A stretch of 64,000 nt of DNA from an uncultured Pseudomonadota bacterium (GCA_963739205.1 CAVTZJ010000004.1:322369-386368), one strand, 5' to 3'. Numbered from the stretch's first letter, positions 33,358 through 43,564 are shown. Translations and numbers: made by a program. The notes: a model not told the origin generated them from the sequence alone.

Positions 33358-35302
33358 TCACAACTCGATGTCCACGCCGCCCCCGGGGCGGGGCAGCTCG
33401 GGTCCGGCACCCGCGGCGGAGGCCGCCACGGCGGCGGCACGCAGCGACTGCGCGAACTCCTCGCCGGTCTGGAAGCGCTCGTCCGGGTTCTTGGCGAGCG
33501 CCCGCTGCAGGAAGGCCACGAGGCTCGATGGCACCTGCAGGTTGTACTGCAGGACGTCCGCGGGCGGCTCGTTTGAGATCTTGAACATGAGCTGCGCCAT
33601 CGACTCGCCCTCGAACGGCAGGCGGCCGCACAACAGCTGGTAGAAGCTGGTGGCGAGCGAGAACAGGTCGCTGCGACCTTCGATCCTCCTGCCGGCCAGC
33701 TGCTCGGGCGACATGTACGAAGGCGTGCCGAGCACCATGCCGGTCTTCGTCTTCGAGCTGTCCGTGAGCCGCGCGATGCCGAAGTCGGTCACCTTGAGGG
33801 TGTCGCTCTCGGGGTGATAACGAGGTTCGCGGGCTTGATGTCGCGGTGCACGACGCCTTGACGGTGCGCGTAGCCGAGCGCGTCCGCAACGCGCGCGATG
33901 ATCGAAACCACGCGTTCGATGGCAGCAGGTTCGCCGGCTTGGTGAACGGCACCAGGTCACCGCCCTTCAGCAGTTCCATGGCGATGTAGCACAGGTCGTG
34001 CTCTTCCCCTGCGTCATAGATGGGGACGATATTGGGATGCGACAGCCGGCCCGCGGTCTCTGCTTCGCGGAAGAAGCGATCCTTGACCTCGGCGAGCTCG
34101 TCGGGCTCGAACTCCTGCGCGAGCGCCATGGTCTTGATCGCGACCACGCGTCCGATCTTCGGGTCGCGCCCGAGGTACACGACCCCCATCGCGCCTTTGC
34201 CGAGCTCCTTCTCCACCTGGTAACGGCCGAGCATCGGCTTTTCCACCGTGCCGCCTGCGCCGAGAATGCTGGTGTTCGTCGCCCCGCCCCCGCCGCCGAG
34301 CATGACCGTCTCGGAGAGCTGCTTGGCGCGCGTCAGCCGCTGCTCGAGGTCGCGGTACTTCGGACTGAATCCGTGCATGTGGCGCAACACCGACTCGGCC
34401 TTGTTGTACTGGCACTTGCGCTCGAAGTCGAGCGCGAGGTTGTACAGGTTGTCGAGCAGCGCATCGGACATCGGCACCTGGCGGAACTTGTCCCATGCCA
34501 TGTCGAGGTTGCCTTGACCCTGGTAGGCGAGCCCGAGCATGCGGTTCGATTCCGCCGAGCTCTCGTCGGAGCGGAGCTTGGCCCGTTCCGTAACGATGAA
34601 GCGCTTGGTAACCAGCGCGAGGTGGCCGACCAGCAGCAGCGTGGCCGGGACAATCAGTTGCACCCATGTGCCACGCGCCACCATGAGCCCGAAGTGCGCC
34701 GCGATCAGGGCGAGGAGCAGCGTCGCCGTAATCGCCGCCGCGGGCCCTGCATTCAGCCGCGGCAGCAGCACGATGAGGTACACCGCGACCAGCAGGAACG
34801 CCAGTTTCTGGGCCACCCATGCCCACGGCGGCGAGACGAAGAAGTCCTCCTGCAGGATCGAGGACACCGCGTGCGCGAGCGCAAGCACCGGCGCCATCGC
34901 TGGCGCGATCGTCGTCACCGAAGTGCTGCCGACGCCGGCTGCCGTCGGGCCGATCAGCACGATCTTGTCGCGATACTTTTCCGCGGGGATCTTGCCGCTC
35001 AGGACGTCGTAGAACGAGTCGACCGTAAACGCCGGACGGCCGTCGCGGTCCTTGTGGAAATACGTGTACATGTGCATCGCCGAATCGGTGCCGATGTGGA
35101 GCCGGCCAAGGTTGGCGATGCTGGTGTCGTCGATCGCGATCACAGCGATGCGGTCGGAGGGCGTGCGCGAGGACGCCTGCACTCCCATGTCGTAGGCTTT
35201 GCGCTCGAGACTCTGCAACAGATCGCTGGAACTTGCGAACAGCATGAGCAACGCCACCGCCGCGCCGAGGAACCAGTCGGCCTTCCAGAATCTCGACTTC
35301 AT
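33358..35302 (-). pseudogene. CHASE2-like sensor Ser/Thr protein kinase; reading frame broken twice (true decay or sequencing error)
   Basis: ORF 33341..35302 carries the N-terminus through GKGAMGVVY, VAIKTM and [21 protein letters not shown] third frame carries [37 protein letters not shown] 33358..33960 carries [17 protein letters not shown]...GTPSYMSPEQ. Shifts lie at ~33921 (CC where CCC is expected) and ~33820 (TT where TTT is expected). The length of 1945 nt equals 3n+1, consistent with two 1-nt deletions. Confidence 0.8.
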
Positions 35303-35537
35303 GAACGAGCGCTCATGATCTGCTTATTGTCTGGCGCTTGCGCGACGGGCGGAACGTTCAGCGCGAGCCATCGCAGGATCCAGTATTTCCCATACAAATC
35401 AGTATGTAATACTTCCTGCGGCGGAAACGTAGAGCAACCTGGAAGCGTCTTCTCTTCCATCGTGGGTGCACCACTCCCCCCGCGCGCACCTGGCTGAAAG
35501 ACGGATAACCCCCCTTAAAACAAAAGGCTAATACGCA

Positions 35538-35566
35538 TTCTTACAGTCAGATATAAGCTGCGTCAA
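35538..35566 (-). promoter_or_regulatory. Candidate sigma70 promoter for the kinase-to-rhodanese operon
   Basis: The minus strand reads TTGACG, a 17-nt spacer, then TAAGAA. It implies a ~230-nt leader. Confidence 0.3.
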
Positions 35567-35594
35567 ATATTTGCCCGCCGCGGGTGGCGAGCAA
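35565..35594 (-). terminator. Candidate intrinsic terminator after the formyltransferase-like gene
   Basis: The minus-strand RNA is UUGCUCGCC-ACCCGC-GGCGGGCAA followed by AUAUUU. That is a 9-bp stem including one G-U pair. Confidence 0.45.
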
Positions 35595-35617
35595 ACCGGC
35601 GACGATAGCGTGGCCGG

Positions 35618-36550
35618 CTACGCGCCGAGAATCATGCCGGACTTGATCGCGCCTGAGGCGACGAGCTCCGCGGCCGACAGTTTCTTGCCGTCACCGAGCT
35701 TGGCACGCAGCACCTCGATGCGGCCGCCCTGTGCAGTAACCTGGAAGCTCTTGTCGGACAGCTCGACGACCTCGCCGATCTTGCCTTTGACCGCGCCGAA
35801 AGTGCGCACGGGGTGCTTGCGGCAATCGTAGATCTGCAGATCCTTGCCTTCGAGCGTTGTCCACGCGCCCGGCGCCGGATTGCTCGCGCGGATGACGTTG
35901 TAGACGAAGTCGACGTGATTGGCCCAGTTGATCTTCGCCTCCGCGCGCCGGAACCAGCCCTCGTAGGTCGCCCGCGACTCGTCTTGCACGGTCTCGCGAT
36001 ACTTGCCCGCAACGACGAGATCCGCGGCCTCGAGCATCGCCGCAACGCCCAGGGGAAACAGCCGGTCGAAGTACACCGCGCCGAGCGTGTCGTCGGGGCC
36101 GATCGCGGTCTCCTTTTGCAGGATGACCGGGCCCTCGTCCAGACCGTCGGTCGGCCGGAAGATGGTGAGGCCGGTCTTCGTATCGCCGCGCACAATCGGC
36201 CAGTTGATCGAGGACGGGCCGCGGTACTTCGGCAGCAGCGAGGGGTGATACTGAATCGTGCCGCGCTGCGGGATGTTGAGGAAGTCCTGCGGGGCGAACT
36301 GCAGCACGTACGCCATGACGCCCAGCTCGACGTTCAACGCCTTCAGCGCGTTCTTCGCCTCATCGCTTTTCAGCGAGGCGAACTGGAATACCTTCACCCC
36401 CTTTTCTTGCGCCGCCGTCTTCAGTATGTCGGCCTTGGCACCCGGCTTCTCCGGCGCGCAGAAAACGCCTGCCACCTGGTCGCCGCGCGCGAAGAACGCT
36501 TCCAGGACGGCCTTGCCGAAATCCTGCTGACCGATGATCGCGATCTTCAT
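35618..36550 (-). CDS. Formyltransferase-family protein (Fmt-like: N-terminal formyl_trans domain plus C-terminal domain)
   Basis: Internal ATG 36550 ([12 protein letters not shown]). [21 protein letters not shown] is the SLLP/HPS formyltransferase block. ATGA overlap with the frc stop. Confidence 0.8.
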   Translation of the reverse strand: MKIAIIGQQDFGKAVLEAFFARGDQVAGVFCAPEKPGAKADILKTAAQEKGVKVFQFASLKSDEAKNALKALNVELGVMAYVLQFAPQDFLNIPQRGTIQYHPSLLPKYRGPSSINWPIVRGDTKTGLTIFRPTDGLDEGPVILQKETAIGPDDTLGAVYFDRLFPLGVAAMLEAADLVVAGKYRETVQDESRATYEGWFRRAEAKINWANHVDFVYNVIRASNPAPGAWTTLEGKDLQIYDCRKHPVRTFGAVKGKIGEVVELSDKSFQVTAQGGRIEVLRAKLGDGKKLSAAELVASGAIKSGMILGA

Positions 36551-37818
36551 GCGGCCTTCTTCGGCGGCGCGGACAACGCGCCCGCGCTCTTCAGGGAGCC
36601 GATCTTGTTTTGGTCGTAGCCGAGCACCTCGCGCAGGATTTCCTCGGTGTGCTCGCCGAGCAGCGGCGAGCGCTTGATCGCCGCAGGTGATTCGGAGAGC
36701 TTGATCGGCATGCCGACGTTCCACCACTTGCCGCGCTGCGGGTGGTCGAGCTCGACCCACATGTCGCGCCCGCGCACGTGCTCGTCAGTCGCGAGATCTT
36801 CGGTGCTCATGATCGGGCCGCAAGGCACGTCGAGCGGATTGAGGATCTCCATGAACTCGCGCTTGGTGAATTTCTCGGCGAATTTGTTGATGAGGGTCCA
36901 CATCAGCTGCTGATTCTTGCGCCGCTCGCCGATGGTGGCGAACTGCGGGTCGCTCGCGAGGTTGGGCATGCCCAGATCCGGACCGATGCGCTTCGCGAGT
37001 GCGTCCCAGACCGCCTCTTGCACCACGACGTAGAGCCAGTCGTTGGCGCCGTGCGGCTTGCAGTGGATGGCGTTGCCGAGCTGCCCGCCCCCCGAATCGT
37101 TGCCCGCGCGCGGCACGTCGCCCATGCCCTGATAGGTCGGTACCGAGTATTCCGGCATCGGTCCGCGCGTAAGGCGCTGGTGATCGCGGAACTTCACGCG
37201 GCACAGATTCATCACGCCGTCCATCATCGCCACCTCGACGTACTGGCCCTTCCCGGTGCGCTCGGCCTGCCTGAGCGCCGCGAGCAGACCGATGGCGAGG
37301 TGCAGCCCGGTGCCCGAATCGCCGATCTGGGCTCCAGTGACGAACGGCGGCCCGTCGGGCACGCCGGTGGTGCTCATCGCGCCACCCATCGCCTGTGCGA
37401 CATTCTCGTAGGCCTTGAAGTCGGCATAGGGTCCGGTCGAGCCGAAGCCCTTGATCGAGCCCATGACGATCTTCGGGTTGATCTCGCGGATCTTCTCCCA
37501 CGGAAAGCCGAAGCGTTCGAGCACGCCGGGACCGAAGTTCTCCATGATGATGTCGCAGTTCTTGAGCAGGTCAGTGAACACCTGCTTGCCCTCCGCGCTC
37601 TTCATGTTCACCGTGATCGAGCGCTTATTGCAGTTGAGCATCGTGAAGTACAGGCTGTCGGCGTTCGGTACGTCACGCAACTGTCCGCGCGTCGCGTCAC
37701 CCTGCGGGTTCTCGAACTTGATCACGTCCGCCCCCATCCAGGCGAGCAGCTGCGAGCAGGTCGGCCCCGCCTGTACGTGGGTCATGTCGAGAATGCGTAT
37801 GCCTTTCAATGCTTCCAT
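36547..37818 (-). CDS. frc: Formyl-CoA:oxalate CoA-transferase
   Basis: [36 protein letters not shown]... is a class III CoA-transferase with strong Frc-like blocks. 423 aa. Adjacent to oxc. Confidence 0.88.
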   Translation of the reverse strand: MEALKGIRILDMTHVQAGPTCSQLLAWMGADVIKFENPQGDATRGQLRDVPNADSLYFTMLNCNKRSITVNMKSAEGKQVFTDLLKNCDIIMENFGPGVLERFGFPWEKIREINPKIVMGSIKGFGSTGPYADFKAYENVAQAMGGAMSTTGVPDGPPFVTGAQIGDSGTGLHLAIGLLAALRQAERTGKGQYVEVAMMDGVMNLCRVKFRDHQRLTRGPMPEYSVPTYQGMGDVPRAGNDSGGGQLGNAIHCKPHGANDWLYVVVQEAVWDALAKRIGPDLGMPNLASDPQFATIGERRKNQQLMWTLINKFAEKFTKREFMEILNPLDVPCGPIMSTEDLATDEHVRGRDMWVELDHPQRGKWWNVGMPIKLSESPAAIKRSPLLGEHTEEILREVLGYDQNKIGSLKSAGALSAPPKKAA

Positions 37819-37834
37819 TCTGGTCTCCAGAAAC

Positions 37835-39586
37835 TCACTTCTTCTTCGCGCTCGGGTTGAGGTTCGTGATGCGTCCGCTCTCGGTGCCGGCGCCCTCATC
37901 GATCACGGCGTTGATGAGAGTCGGCCTGCGCGAGCGAATCGCTTCCTCCATCGCCTTGCGCAGCTCTGCAGGCGTCGTGGCGTGCGCGCCCACCCCGCCG
38001 AATGCCTCCATCAGCTTCTCGTAGCGCGCATTCTTGACGAACACCAGCGGCGCAGGGTCACGGCCGCCGATCGGATTCTTCTCGTCACCGCGGTACACGC
38101 CGTTGTTGTTCAGGATCACGACGCAGACCGGCAGGTTGTAGCGGCAGATGGTCTCCACTTCCATGCCGGAGAAACCGAAGGCGCTGTCTCCCTCGACCGC
38201 GATCACCGGCTGGTCGCCGACCACGGCGGCCGCGACCGCGAAGCCCATGCCGATGCCCATCACGCCCCAGGTGCCGACGTCCAGACGCTTCCTCGGCTTG
38301 TACATGTCGACGATGCTGCGCGTGAAGTCGAGTGCGTTGGCGCCCTCGTTTACCAGGAACGCGTCCGGATTGACCTTCATGATGTCGCGCACCACGTTCA
38401 GCGCGCTGTGGAAGTTCATCGGCGTCGGATTCTTGGCCAGCGTCTCGGCCATCTTGGCGACGTTCCTGTCTTTACGCTCGGCGATGGCATTCAGCCAATC
38501 GGCCGGCGGCTTGGGCCAGCCGGCCCCGACGCCGGCGAGCAGCGCCGCGACGCACGAGCCGACGTCGCCGACCACCGGGGCGTCGATGCGAACGTTGCTG
38601 TCGGCCTCCTGCGGAGAGATGTCGACCTGGATGAATTTCTGGCCGCCCCAGTCCTTGGAGCCCGCGCCGCCCCAGGTCTTGCCCTTGCCGTGCGACAGCA
38701 GCCAGTTGAGGCGCGCGCCGACCAGCATGACCACGTCGGCCTCGGGCAGCACGAACGAGCGTGCGGCGGAAGCGCACTTCTCGTGCGTGTCGGGAAGCAA
38801 GCCCTTCGCCATGGACATCGGCAGGTACGGGACGCCGGTCTTCTCGACCAGAGCTCGAATGTCCGCGTCGGCCTGCGCGTAAGCCGCGCCCTTGCCGAGG
38901 ATGATGAGCGGACGCTTGGCGCCTTTGAGCAGCGCGAGGGCGCGCTGCACGGCGTCCGGGGCCGGGATCTGGCGCGGCGCCGGATCGATCACCTTGATCA
39001 ACGATTTCCTTCCGGATTCGGCGTCCATGGCCTGCGGGAACAGCCTGCCCGGGAGGTCGAGGTACACGCCTCCAGGTCGGCCGGAAACGGCCGCGCGAAT
39101 TGCGCGTGCGATGCCCACGCCGATGTCCTCGGCGTGCAGCACCCGGTAGGCGGCCTTGCACAAGGGCTTCGCGATGGCGAGCTGGTCCATCTCCTCGTAG
39201 TCGCCCTGCTGCAGATCGACGATCTCGCGCTCGCTGGAGCCGCTGATCAGGATCATCGGGAAGCAGTTGGTGGTGGCATTGGCGAGCGCCGTCAGGCCGT
39301 TCAGGAATCCGGGCGCCGACACCGTCAGGCAGATGCCGGGCTTTTGCGTCATGAATCCGGCGATCGCGGCGGCATTACCGGCGTTCTGCTCGTGGCGGAA
39401 TGAGATGACGCGCATGCCTGCGGCCTGCGCCTTGCGCGCGAGGTCCGAAATCGGGATCCCGGGCAGACCGAAGATCGTGTCGATGCCGTTCAGCTTGAGG
39501 GCATCGATGACCAAGCCAAACCCGTCGGTCATTTGTGTCGGCTTCGCCTCGGCGGCGATTTGGGGCTCGCTGACGGTGCCACCCAT
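37835..39586 (-). CDS. oxc: Oxalyl-CoA decarboxylase (ThDP-dependent)
   Basis: Internal ATG 39586 has GAGGAGA upstream. [28 protein letters not shown]... and a ThDP motif. 583 aa. Confidence 0.88.
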   Translation of the reverse strand: MGGTVSEPQIAAEAKPTQMTDGFGLVIDALKLNGIDTIFGLPGIPISDLARKAQAAGMRVISFRHEQNAGNAAAIAGFMTQKPGICLTVSAPGFLNGLTALANATTNCFPMILISGSSEREIVDLQQGDYEEMDQLAIAKPLCKAAYRVLHAEDIGVGIARAIRAAVSGRPGGVYLDLPGRLFPQAMDAESGRKSLIKVIDPAPRQIPAPDAVQRALALLKGAKRPLIILGKGAAYAQADADIRALVEKTGVPYLPMSMAKGLLPDTHEKCASAARSFVLPEADVVMLVGARLNWLLSHGKGKTWGGAGSKDWGGQKFIQVDISPQEADSNVRIDAPVVGDVGSCVAALLAGVGAGWPKPPADWLNAIAERKDRNVAKMAETLAKNPTPMNFHSALNVVRDIMKVNPDAFLVNEGANALDFTRSIVDMYKPRKRLDVGTWGVMGIGMGFAVAAAVVGDQPVIAVEGDSAFGFSGMEVETICRYNLPVCVVILNNNGVYRGDEKNPIGGRDPAPLVFVKNARYEKLMEAFGGVGAHATTPAELRKAMEEAIRSRRPTLINAVIDEGAGTESGRITNLNPSAKKK

Positions 39587-39655
39587 GGTTGTCTCCTCTG
39601 CAGCGGTACGCGGGGTCGCGCAGGCCGCTATGTTAGTGAGCGCGGCGCGCACCCG

Positions 39656-39675
39656 CCCTTGACGGTGGTCAAGGG
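39656..39675. promoter_or_regulatory. FNR/FixK-type box (perfect palindrome CCCTTGAC-GGTG-GTCAAGGG) between oxc and the Crp/Fnr gene
   Basis: Read directly from the sequence. One of three copies of CTTGAC-N4-GTCAAG in the window. Confidence 0.7.
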
Positions 39676-39726
39676 TTTGGATCGTCTAGAATAAGCACCC
39701 TCGGCGAGGCCTGGAACAGCCCCGGA

Positions 39727-40338
39727 ATGTCATCTCTCCTCACGCACCCGCAGCGCAACACCATACGGCTGCAGCTGCACCAGAACCTCATGCTGCGGGG
39801 CATGGCGCCGGCCCAATGGGACGAGCTCGAGCCTCTGCTCGCGGTGGCCGACTACCGCAAGGGGGACCTGCTCGTGCGTCAGGGCGACTCCGAGATGGAG
39901 CAGTTCTTCATCCTGGACGGCATGCTCAAGCGCGTCGTCTCCAACGCCGAGGGCCACGAGATGATCCTGCGCTTTGCCGCGGAGACCGAGATGGATACCT
40001 CGTACGCCGCCTGGCGCCTCGGCACCCAGATTCCTTACAGCATCGTGGCGGTAACCAAGGTGCGCACGGCCAAGCTCCCGTTGCCGCAGTGGGTGGAGTT
40101 CCTGGAGCGCCACGCATCCCTCAAGTCGCTGTTCGAGTACGAGGTCATGAAGGTGATGTCGGAAGTCATGGCGCATACCATCACGCTCCACCTGCTGGAC
40201 GCGCCCGGGCGCCTTTCGCGCTTTCAGCGCAAGCACGGCGAGCTGTCCGGGCGCATCCCGAAGAAGGAGCTCGCCGCCTACCTGAACCTGACGCCCGAGA
40301 CGCTTTCGCGTCTGAAGCAGAAACTCGGCGACCTGTAA
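39727..40338 (+). CDS. Crp/Fnr-family transcriptional regulator (no N-terminal Cys cluster)
   Basis: A CNB-like effector domain is followed by an HTH (ELAAYLNLTPETLSRLKQKL). The HTH carries the E--SR recognition motif of FNR/FixK-class proteins. Confidence 0.85.
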   Translation: MSSLLTHPQRNTIRLQLHQNLMLRGMAPAQWDELEPLLAVADYRKGDLLVRQGDSEMEQFFILDGMLKRVVSNAEGHEMILRFAAETEMDTSYAAWRLGTQIPYSIVAVTKVRTAKLPLPQWVEFLERHASLKSLFEYEVMKVMSEVMAHTITLHLLDAPGRLSRFQRKHGELSGRIPKKELAAYLNLTPETLSRLKQKLGDL

Positions 40339-40341
40339 CGC

Positions 40342-41847
40342 CTAGCGCAGCCTGCGGATCAGCCAGGAAAGCAGCGGCCAGAAGAGCAGGAACAGCGCCA
40401 GGCCGGTGAGCGTGCCGACCAGCTTGTTGGCGAAGAACACCCCCATGTGGCCCTGCGACACCAGCATCGCCTGGCGAAACGACGCCTCCGCATTGTCGCC
40501 GAGCACGATCGCCAGCACCAGCGGCGCCAGCGGATACGACAGCTTCTTGAACATGTAGCCGGCGACGCCGAACACGACCATCATGTAGATGTCGAAGTTC
40601 GCGTTGTGGACCGTGTAGGCGCCGATCGCGCAAATTACGATGATGATCGGCGCGATCACGGAGAACGGGATCCTCAGGATCGCGGCGAACAGCGGCACGC
40701 AGGTGAGCACCACGATCAGGCCGGCGATGTTGCCCAGGTACATGCTGGCGATCAGGCCCCATACGAAATCCTTCTGCTCGACGAACAGCAGCGGCCCGGG
40801 CTGCAGGCCCCAGATGAGCAGACCGCCGAGCAGCACCGCCGCCGTGGGCGAACCCGGAACGCCGAGGGTGATCATCGGCAGCAGCGCCGAGGTGCCTGCG
40901 GCATGCGCCGCGGTCTCCGGCGCTACCACGCCCTCCACCACGCCGGTGCCGAACTTGTCGCCGTTCTTGGAGAAGCGGCGCGCCACGCCATAGCTCATGA
41001 AGGAGGCCGGCGTCGCGCCGCCGGGCACGATGCCCATGAAGCAGCCGACTCCCGCGGAGCGCAGCGAGGTGAGCCAGTAGCGCGGCAGCTCTTTCCAGGT
41101 TTCCAGGACCACTTTGAGGTTGATCTTGGCGCTCGCACCCTTGAATGCGAGCCCCTCCTCGAGCGTGAGGAGGATCTCGCCGATGCCGAACAACCCGATG
41201 ACGGCCACGAGAAAGTCGAAGCCACTGAGCAGCGCAGTGAAGCCGAAGGTCATGCGCAGCGTCCCGGTCACCGGATCGGTGCCGACCGCGGCCAGCGCGA
41301 AGCCGAGCATCATCGAGGAGATCGTCTTGAACGGCGACTCCTTGCTCATGCCGATGAAGGCGCAGAACGTGAGCAGATACACGGCGAAGAACTCCGGCGG
41401 CCCGAATTCCAGCGCGAAGTTCGCCACCACCGGCGCGAGAAAGCTGATGACCAGCACGGCGACCAGCGCGCCGAAGAAAGACGAGGTGAACGATGCAGTG
41501 AGCGCCGCGCCCGCGCGGCCCTTCTGCGCGAGCGGATAGCCATCGAACGTGGTAGCCACCGACCAGGGCTCGCCCGGAATGTTGAACAGGATCGAGGTGA
41601 TCGCGCCGCCGAACAGCGCGCCCCAGTAGATGCAGGACAGCAGGATGATGGCCGAGGTCTGCCCGCCTGGGGTCTGCGCCATCGAGAACGTCAGCGGCAG
41701 CAGGATGGCGACGCCGTTGGCGCCGCCCAGCCCGGGCAGCACGCCGATGATGACGCCGAGGATCACGCCCACCATCATCAGCGCGATGTTCTTGAACGTC
41801 AGCACGACGACGAAGCCGTGCATCAGGGACTGCAGATCGTCGATCAC
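40342..41847 (-). CDS. tctA: Tripartite tricarboxylate transporter, large permease TctA
   Basis: 501 aa, GTG start, typical TctA N-terminus and length. Follows tctB and tctC. Confidence 0.85.
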   Translation of the reverse strand: MIDDLQSLMHGFVVVLTFKNIALMMVGVILGVIIGVLPGLGGANGVAILLPLTFSMAQTPGGQTSAIILLSCIYWGALFGGAITSILFNIPGEPWSVATTFDGYPLAQKGRAGAALTASFTSSFFGALVAVLVISFLAPVVANFALEFGPPEFFAVYLLTFCAFIGMSKESPFKTISSMMLGFALAAVGTDPVTGTLRMTFGFTALLSGFDFLVAVIGLFGIGEILLTLEEGLAFKGASAKINLKVVLETWKELPRYWLTSLRSAGVGCFMGIVPGGATPASFMSYGVARRFSKNGDKFGTGVVEGVVAPETAAHAAGTSALLPMITLGVPGSPTAAVLLGGLLIWGLQPGPLLFVEQKDFVWGLIASMYLGNIAGLIVVLTCVPLFAAILRIPFSVIAPIIIVICAIGAYTVHNANFDIYMMVVFGVAGYMFKKLSYPLAPLVLAIVLGDNAEASFRQAMLVSQGHMGVFFANKLVGTLTGLALFLLFWPLLSWLIRRLR

Positions 41848-41860
41848 AGTGCGGGTCCGT

Positions 41861-42367
41861 TCAATCCAGTCCGAGCAGAACTTCGAGCGGTCCCTTGGGT
41901 AGCGGCACCAGGAACCACACCTCGAAGATGAGGAAGAACACGACGCTGTTGCCGATCGACACCAGCGCCACCAGCCACCAGGGATACTTGCCCAGCCAGC
42001 GCATGAACAGCGCCACGAACAGCGCCGAGGGCACGTAGATGCCGAGCCAGCCGACCAGCGCCACGTATATCGCCGTCGGGATCAGCACGGCGAGCACCAG
42101 CGTGAGCTGCCCGACCTCCACGAACACGCCGTTCTTCTCGCGCGGAATCAGCAGCCCGCGCACGAAGTTGACCGCCGAGGAGGCGCAGATGATGGCTCCG
42201 AGGTAGAAGGGAAAATAGCCCGGCTGCGGGCCGTCGGAGCCCCACCTCGCCCCGAGCCGCAGACTGTCGTAGATCACGATCAGCCCCAGCACGATGAAGA
42301 ACCCGGCGACCACCAGCTCGGCGGTCTTGTGGCGCAGCGCGGGACGCGTCTGGCTTGCGTCGGACAT
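41861..42367 (-). CDS. tctB: Tripartite tricarboxylate transporter, small subunit TctB
   Basis: About 168 aa with four TM segments. ATG 42367; the track ORF starts one codon earlier at TTG. Confidence 0.75.
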   Translation of the reverse strand: MSDASQTRPALRHKTAELVVAGFFIVLGLIVIYDSLRLGARWGSDGPQPGYFPFYLGAIICASSAVNFVRGLLIPREKNGVFVEVGQLTLVLAVLIPTAIYVALVGWLGIYVPSALFVALFMRWLGKYPWWLVALVSIGNSVVFFLIFEVWFLVPLPKGPLEVLLGLD

Positions 42368-42392
42368 CAAGATTCTCCCTGCTGATGTGAAA

Positions 42393-42418
42393 GCGGCGCG
42401 CCGTTGCCGGCGCGCCGC
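42393..42418 (-). terminator. Hairpin (possible attenuator) between tctC and tctB
   Basis: GCGGCGCGCCG-TTGC-CGGCGCGCCGC forms a perfect 11-bp stem. On the minus strand only a weak U tail (UUUCAC) follows. Confidence 0.45.
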
Positions 42419-42437
42419 ACCTCGACTACGCGAAGGC

Positions 42438-43445
42438 CTACTTGCCGGCCAGGAAACCGGCGGCCTTCATGAGCGCGACGTGCTCGGCTTCGGCCTTCGC
42501 GACCCAGTCGACGTAGGCCTGTCCCTCGAGCGAGGTCTGGTTGAACGCGCCCTTCTCCATCAGGTCCTTCCACTCCGGGGTCTGCTGAACTTTGCGCAGG
42601 AGGTCGACGTAATAGGCGACCTGATCCTGCGTCACCCCGCCAGGCATGAAGATGCCGCGCAGCATCAGGTAGCTGACGTCCAACCCGCTCTCCTTGCACG
42701 TCGGGACGTCGTACCAGGACATCGTGGCTGTCATCTTCTGGTGGTAGGGCATGCGCTGTTCGTCGAACACGCACAGGGGACGCAGCTTGCCGGAGCGCCA
42801 GTGCGCCACCGCCTCGATCGGGTTGTTCACCGTGAATTCGACGTGGTTGCCGACCAGCTGCACGGCCACCGCGCCGCCGCCCTTGAACGGAATGTAGGTG
42901 AACTTGGCGCCGGTCTTCTGCTGGATCGATGCGGTGACGATCTGGTCCTCCTGCTTCGAGCCGGTGCCCGCGATCTTGAATTTGCCCGGACCGGCTGCCT
43001 TCGCCGCGTCGATGAACTCCTTGGCGGTCTTGTAAGGTTTGTCGGCGTTCACCCACAGCACGAACTCGTCCAGCGCCATCATCTTCACCGGTGTGAGGTC
43101 GCGCCAGTTGAACGGAACGCCGGTGGCGAGCGGCGTCGTAAACAGATTGGACAGCGTGATGATCAGCTTGTACGGATCGCCCTTCGCGCCCTTGACGTCG
43201 AGAAAGCCCTCTGCGCCGGCACCCCCCGCCTCGTTGACCACCACCATCGACTGCTTCATCAGGCCGTGCTTGGCAATGATGCCCTGGATCGCACGCGCCA
43301 TCTGGTCGGCGCCGCCGCCGGTCCCCGCGGGGATGACGAACTCCACGGTCTTGGTCGGCTCCCAGGCCTGCCCCACGCCCGGCCACGCTGCAACGAGCGC
43401 CGCGCCGAGCACCACGCCAAACGTTCGGGTGAATTTCACTTTCAT
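42438..43445 (-). CDS. tctC: Bug-family periplasmic solute receptor TctC
   Basis: Signal peptide MKVKFTRTFGVVLGAALVAAWPGVGQA. 335 aa. Bug/TctC-like blocks. Confidence 0.85.
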   Translation of the reverse strand: MKVKFTRTFGVVLGAALVAAWPGVGQAWEPTKTVEFVIPAGTGGGADQMARAIQGIIAKHGLMKQSMVVVNEAGGAGAEGFLDVKGAKGDPYKLIITLSNLFTTPLATGVPFNWRDLTPVKMMALDEFVLWVNADKPYKTAKEFIDAAKAAGPGKFKIAGTGSKQEDQIVTASIQQKTGAKFTYIPFKGGGAVAVQLVGNHVEFTVNNPIEAVAHWRSGKLRPLCVFDEQRMPYHQKMTATMSWYDVPTCKESGLDVSYLMLRGIFMPGGVTQDQVAYYVDLLRKVQQTPEWKDLMEKGAFNQTSLEGQAYVDWVAKAEAEHVALMKAAGFLAGK

Positions 43446-43548
43446 GATGCAGCCCTCCTCCCTTGTGAATATCGTACGGCCTCGAATTCTAGCGCCGTTT
43501 CTTGCGTAGTTCTTACTGCAATTTTCTGGACTGAACCGCCGCGCACGC

Positions 43549-43564
43549 CTTGACCGCGGTCAAG
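43549..43564. promoter_or_regulatory. FNR/FixK-type box CTTGAC-CGCG-GTCAAG upstream of tctC, overlapping the terC stop
   Basis: Perfect palindrome read from the sequence. Its centre lies ~111 nt upstream of the tctC ATG. Confidence 0.6.
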
